Shown: in pieces, positions 60,701 through 64,000 of the stretch | Position numbering within the stretch: position 1 is the first letter of the stretch | Layout: each line of letters starts with the position of its first letter | From: Macrostomum lignano | Lineage: Eukaryota | Assembly (NCBI GenBank): GCA_002269645.1 | Contig: NIVC01000301.1 | Span: forward strand, 356,460-420,459 | Length of the DNA stretch: 64,000 nucleotides | Direction of reading: 5' to 3' | Notes under the pieces: generated by a model | What the model was told of the DNA's origin: nothing | Database searches by the model: none | What the model saw: only the letters and a program-made list of their open reading frames with translations | Position numbers and translations under genes: made by a program

Positions 60701-61654
60701 GAGGATGCCGTCTCCGGCGTGGATTATCTCCAGGCCGCGGTTGAACACGATGTTGAACGGGAACACCTCGAAGAAGACCTCCGAGGGCACCGGGAAATCG
60801 TCGACGACTGCCTGTGGATTTATCGGCGGGTCCTCGTGGGTGCTTGTCGGCTGATAATCTTACAAATGGCCAGCGCCTAAACACATATAAACACAATTCT
60901 AAACACATGATTGCAGCCATGGCCAGGTTTTCTTGTACTATCGGGACCTCCTATTCATGGCGTCAATGTGCCTCCTTTTTTACGCGTTCTTCCAAACGTC
61001 TTCCAGCAGATTACTGTGTGGGGCGTTTTAACGCGTACTGGTACGGTACCTCTCCCGATGCGCATCAGCATTAACAACGTTCTCACTTACTTTATAGCCG
61101 GTGTTGTGAAAGTGCAGCCTCATAATGCAGTTTGTCATCTCACTGGTCTCCTCCAGGTTGATGATAGTGATGGTGATGCGGCTCTGGTAGAACGTCTTGC
61201 CGATCGTGGTGATCATGCCCTGCACGTAGTGCGTGTAGCCCTGCCGCCTAGTCCGATACTGCAGGGTGATGCCAGTGGAACTCTCGTTCATGCAGAAGAA
61301 CGACGGTGGCCGAAGCTTCTTGTAGCTCATCCGAAGGTACTCGTGCAGGTTGTCCAGCCCATTGAGGAAGTCGCGCAGGTTGCGGCCGAGAACGCGGAGG
61401 ACGCCATCGTAGCCAAAGTTGGACAGGTAGGAGACAAAGTAGGCGCCGTTTGCGTAGGCCAGGGTGGACGCCTCCACGTTGAGGTTGGCGGACGCAGTGG
61501 CCAGAATCTTGGGAATTATGGTCTCGCTGTACACCTCGTGAATGGAGAAGCTTTTAACCTCTGTGTCGGACTTGTGAATAAGGAAGTACCACATGTCGTC
61601 ACCGTAGTGCTCCATGATGAAGCTGCGGAGACCTTCTAGAAGTAGGCCGTACAT
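54727..61654 (-). CDS. Atypical soluble guanylate cyclase, Gyc88E-like (H-NOX, PAS/coiled coil, catalytic domain)
   Basis: Exons 61654-61091, 60850-60617, 60531-60423, 58000-57657, 56045-55691, 55601-55399, 55014-54727. [89 protein letters not shown]. Confidence 0.94.
55070..55240. repeat. 17-bp repeat (GTGGCTGGTGCAGTGAG)
   Basis: Visible in the last guanylate cyclase intron. Confidence 0.88.
56090..57640. repeat. 13-bp minisatellite (TGTTGGGTTTCCC) filling the intron
   Basis: Occupies nearly all of intron 57656-56046. Confidence 0.97.
58270..60385. repeat. ~28-bp minisatellite (ATCTGAGGCATGGGATCTAGCATTGGGG) with higher-order structure
   Basis: About 75 copies in intron 60422-58001. Confidence 0.97.
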
Positions 61655-62688
61655 GCTTAGTGCTGAATGAGGTAAGACAGCTTGATGTCGGCTTTTGCCA
61701 GTGGCACTCCCTGCCCCCTTATATCCTGAAGAACTGACCGCTCATTAGTATCGAGTCAGCCAATTTAGAGTTCTTCGGTTCTGTCTGCGGCTCAGCGCAG
61801 AGTTCGGCTGCTTGGCTTTTGTTTTATTTTTGTACCAGTCTGGAGGCTGTCTAGACTCAATAGTAGTGCTCAGAACAATGAGCTGCTCATTAGCTAACCA
61901 CTTAGACCAGAGCAGTCCACCAGTTGCCGTTGGTGGCGTCAGTGTGGAAGCTACTGACACCTGTGACGCCTGTTTTGCCCGGTTTAATGAAGGCGACACT
62001 CTCTGTTCCCGGGTCGCGGGGTTTCTAGGAAGTTCTCATTATGAGAAGGCAAATTCACGATTTTTTGTCTCCCAACGACCTTCCAGTGCCACGCATGGGG
62101 CGCCTAAGGTACTTAAGGCTTTCATTCACTCCACATCGCGAGTCTGAGCTAAAAGATTAACATGTAAAAGAGAACATGTAAGGAGCATATGGCTCACTGA
62201 TGCAGCTCAGCTGACTTGCTTTAGTTAGCTCAAATTAAAAAACACTACCAGCTTAGACAAGATACTTTTGACATGATCGGGAAAAAGGCATTTCCAAATA
62301 TTTTTCCAAGTGTCTTTGTGTCAGGTCCAAGCAAAAGAATATATATTTGGTCCAACAAGCTTCTGTTTATTGCTAGCGATTAGGTCAAAACTAAATATAA
62401 ACTTTTGTTGCAGAGTCAAGCTCTAAAAGAAATTATATCCAACCAGAGGAATTCGTTTAAAACCAGAGGCAAATGATCAGAGAGGCAGCCTTTTACAAAC
62501 TTTGATGTGCTGCTAAAAACAGAAATTTTTCTGTAAATTAAAAGCTAATTTTGCGTAGGTTGACAGATTAGTATAAGGACCGAATTTTCTTAAACTATAA
62601 AGGCAGCTCTAATAGGATATTGAATATGAAACAAAGCTGTTTTTTTAGGCAGTTGCCGGGAGTTTTCGAGTAAGACCTCACGCTGGCC

Positions 62689-64000
62689 TCAAATCCAGCC
62701 GTGCTGCGACCAGTAGGTGATGAGAGTCCATGTCCGGTTGAGCCCGTCGGTGCTCAGGTGGAGGCCCTGCATGTCAACACTGAAGGCGTGGCTGGAGTTG
62801 AACGCCAACCCGTAGGTGCCGAACAGCGCGCTGGCGTTGCTGCTGCCGAAGTCCGACCACGGCACTTCCACGGCACGTAGGCCGGCGGCCAGGTAGGCGG
62901 TGTACTCATCCTCCGACACGGTGCTCCACGTCCAGCCGCCGTCGTCCGAGCGGACCCGGCTGGCCTGGTCGAAAGAAGTGCCGTACAGCCGCGACGCGCC
63001 CGGCTCCACAAATCAAATCTGGCTAACCAGGTCGTCCAGCCTCTCCCAGGTGATGCCGAAGTCGGCGGTGCGCGAGCACCTGCTCTGCCCTCCTGGCCGG
63101 TTCAGCATACACACATAAAGGACACCGTCGGCCGGGTTCACCACGTAGCCGCGGCCCTGTGACGAGCCAGATGCGGTTGGCACAGGCTCATAGCAGGCCT
63201 CGGCCGCTGCCGTGTCCGCCATCAGGACGCAGCCGTAGAACTCGACGCGCAGCGACCGGCTGAAACTGCTCGGTCCGCCGGTCAGCGGCAGCAGGCGGAT
63301 GAAGCGGCAGGCTACCGGTCGGCTAAGCAGAACGTAGGCCGAACCGGCAGTGTAGCTGGCGTTAAACACCTACAAGGGCAAAACACAGGTGTTCAGATCC
63401 GGTTTGATAGAATCAATTAGCTGTAAGAGGATCTTGAGAGGTAATTTTGCCTTTTCCAAACTGAATAATGAAAATCCATTTATTGAGAACCTTTCCTCAA
63501 TAAATTCAAGGATATTTAAGCAAACATGATGAATATCCGATTACTGTTCGTATTCGGAGCAGTATTTTTATAAATCCAACTAAGTTTATTCTCTCAGTAC
63601 GAGCTATTCAGCGTTGCACAAGGCAACGATAAATTCTCGACCAGTAAACTCATTCGAGATCAACATAAATTTTTGGACTCTGGATTTAAATACACATAAA
63701 ATTATGACCTCCGATTCATCTACATCTGCAAAGCCTCGAGGCTCAGCCCTCACCTCCTTTGTACCGGAAACGCTCGAGGTGACTTCGAACCACAGGAGCC
63801 CCTCCTCACTGTGCTGCAGCCAGAAAGTGTCAACCCGATTGGACGAATCGCTGCTGTGACTTTGCAGGCGAACAGCGGTGACTTGAGTCCGGTTGCCGAG
63901 GCTAATATCCAGGTATTCGCTACCGTAGAATGGGGGGCACCGGTGTAGACTGGACCAGGCCCGGTCCGAGTTGTACCGGCCTTTTGTTGCCACGTCGCTT
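62689..64000 (-). CDS. 3' part of a discoidin/F5-8 type C domain protein with Asp-box (BNR-like) repeats; contains an in-frame TGA
   Basis: Exon from beyond 64000 to 63754 (AWSS..EYLDISLGNRTQVTAVRLQ..FWLQHSEEG..W), then exon 63369-62689 (RPVACRFIRLLP..SLRVEFYGC; SRTADFGITW; RSDDGGWTW). TGA at 63015-63013. Confidence 0.8.

Overview
This is a eukaryotic (invertebrate animal) genomic window: GC/CpG-rich spliced coding exons, GT-AG introns often filled almost entirely by minisatellites, and an innexin gene. The style resembles the free-living flatworm Macrostomum (inference only). Genes I could reconstruct exon by exon: a chitobiase-type GH20 beta-N-acetylhexosaminidase (+), a tandem array of four divergent nicotinic-type Cys-loop channel genes (-), SELENBP1/methanethiol oxidase (-), an innexin (+), a CK1-family probable pseudokinase (-), junctophilin with a ~45-Gln tract (-), a Gyc88E-like atypical soluble guanylate cyclase (-), and the 3' part of a discoidin (FA58C) + Asp-box protein with an in-frame TGA (-). 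Mobile DNA includes a dead hAT transposon, a full-length but frameshifted mariner, a hAT/Charlie-type MITE, two tRNA-derived SINE families and a small foldback element. The most interesting system is the four-gene Cys-loop array. Its cation pore (M2) is identical in all copies, but the acetylcholine-binding residues of loops A, B and C are lost and hypervariable, and two novel cysteines are co-conserved. This pattern suggests an orphan-ligand, possibly chemosensory, receptor family analogous to cephalopod chemotactile receptors. All exon coordinates were read by hand and may be off by a few bases. No database searches were run.
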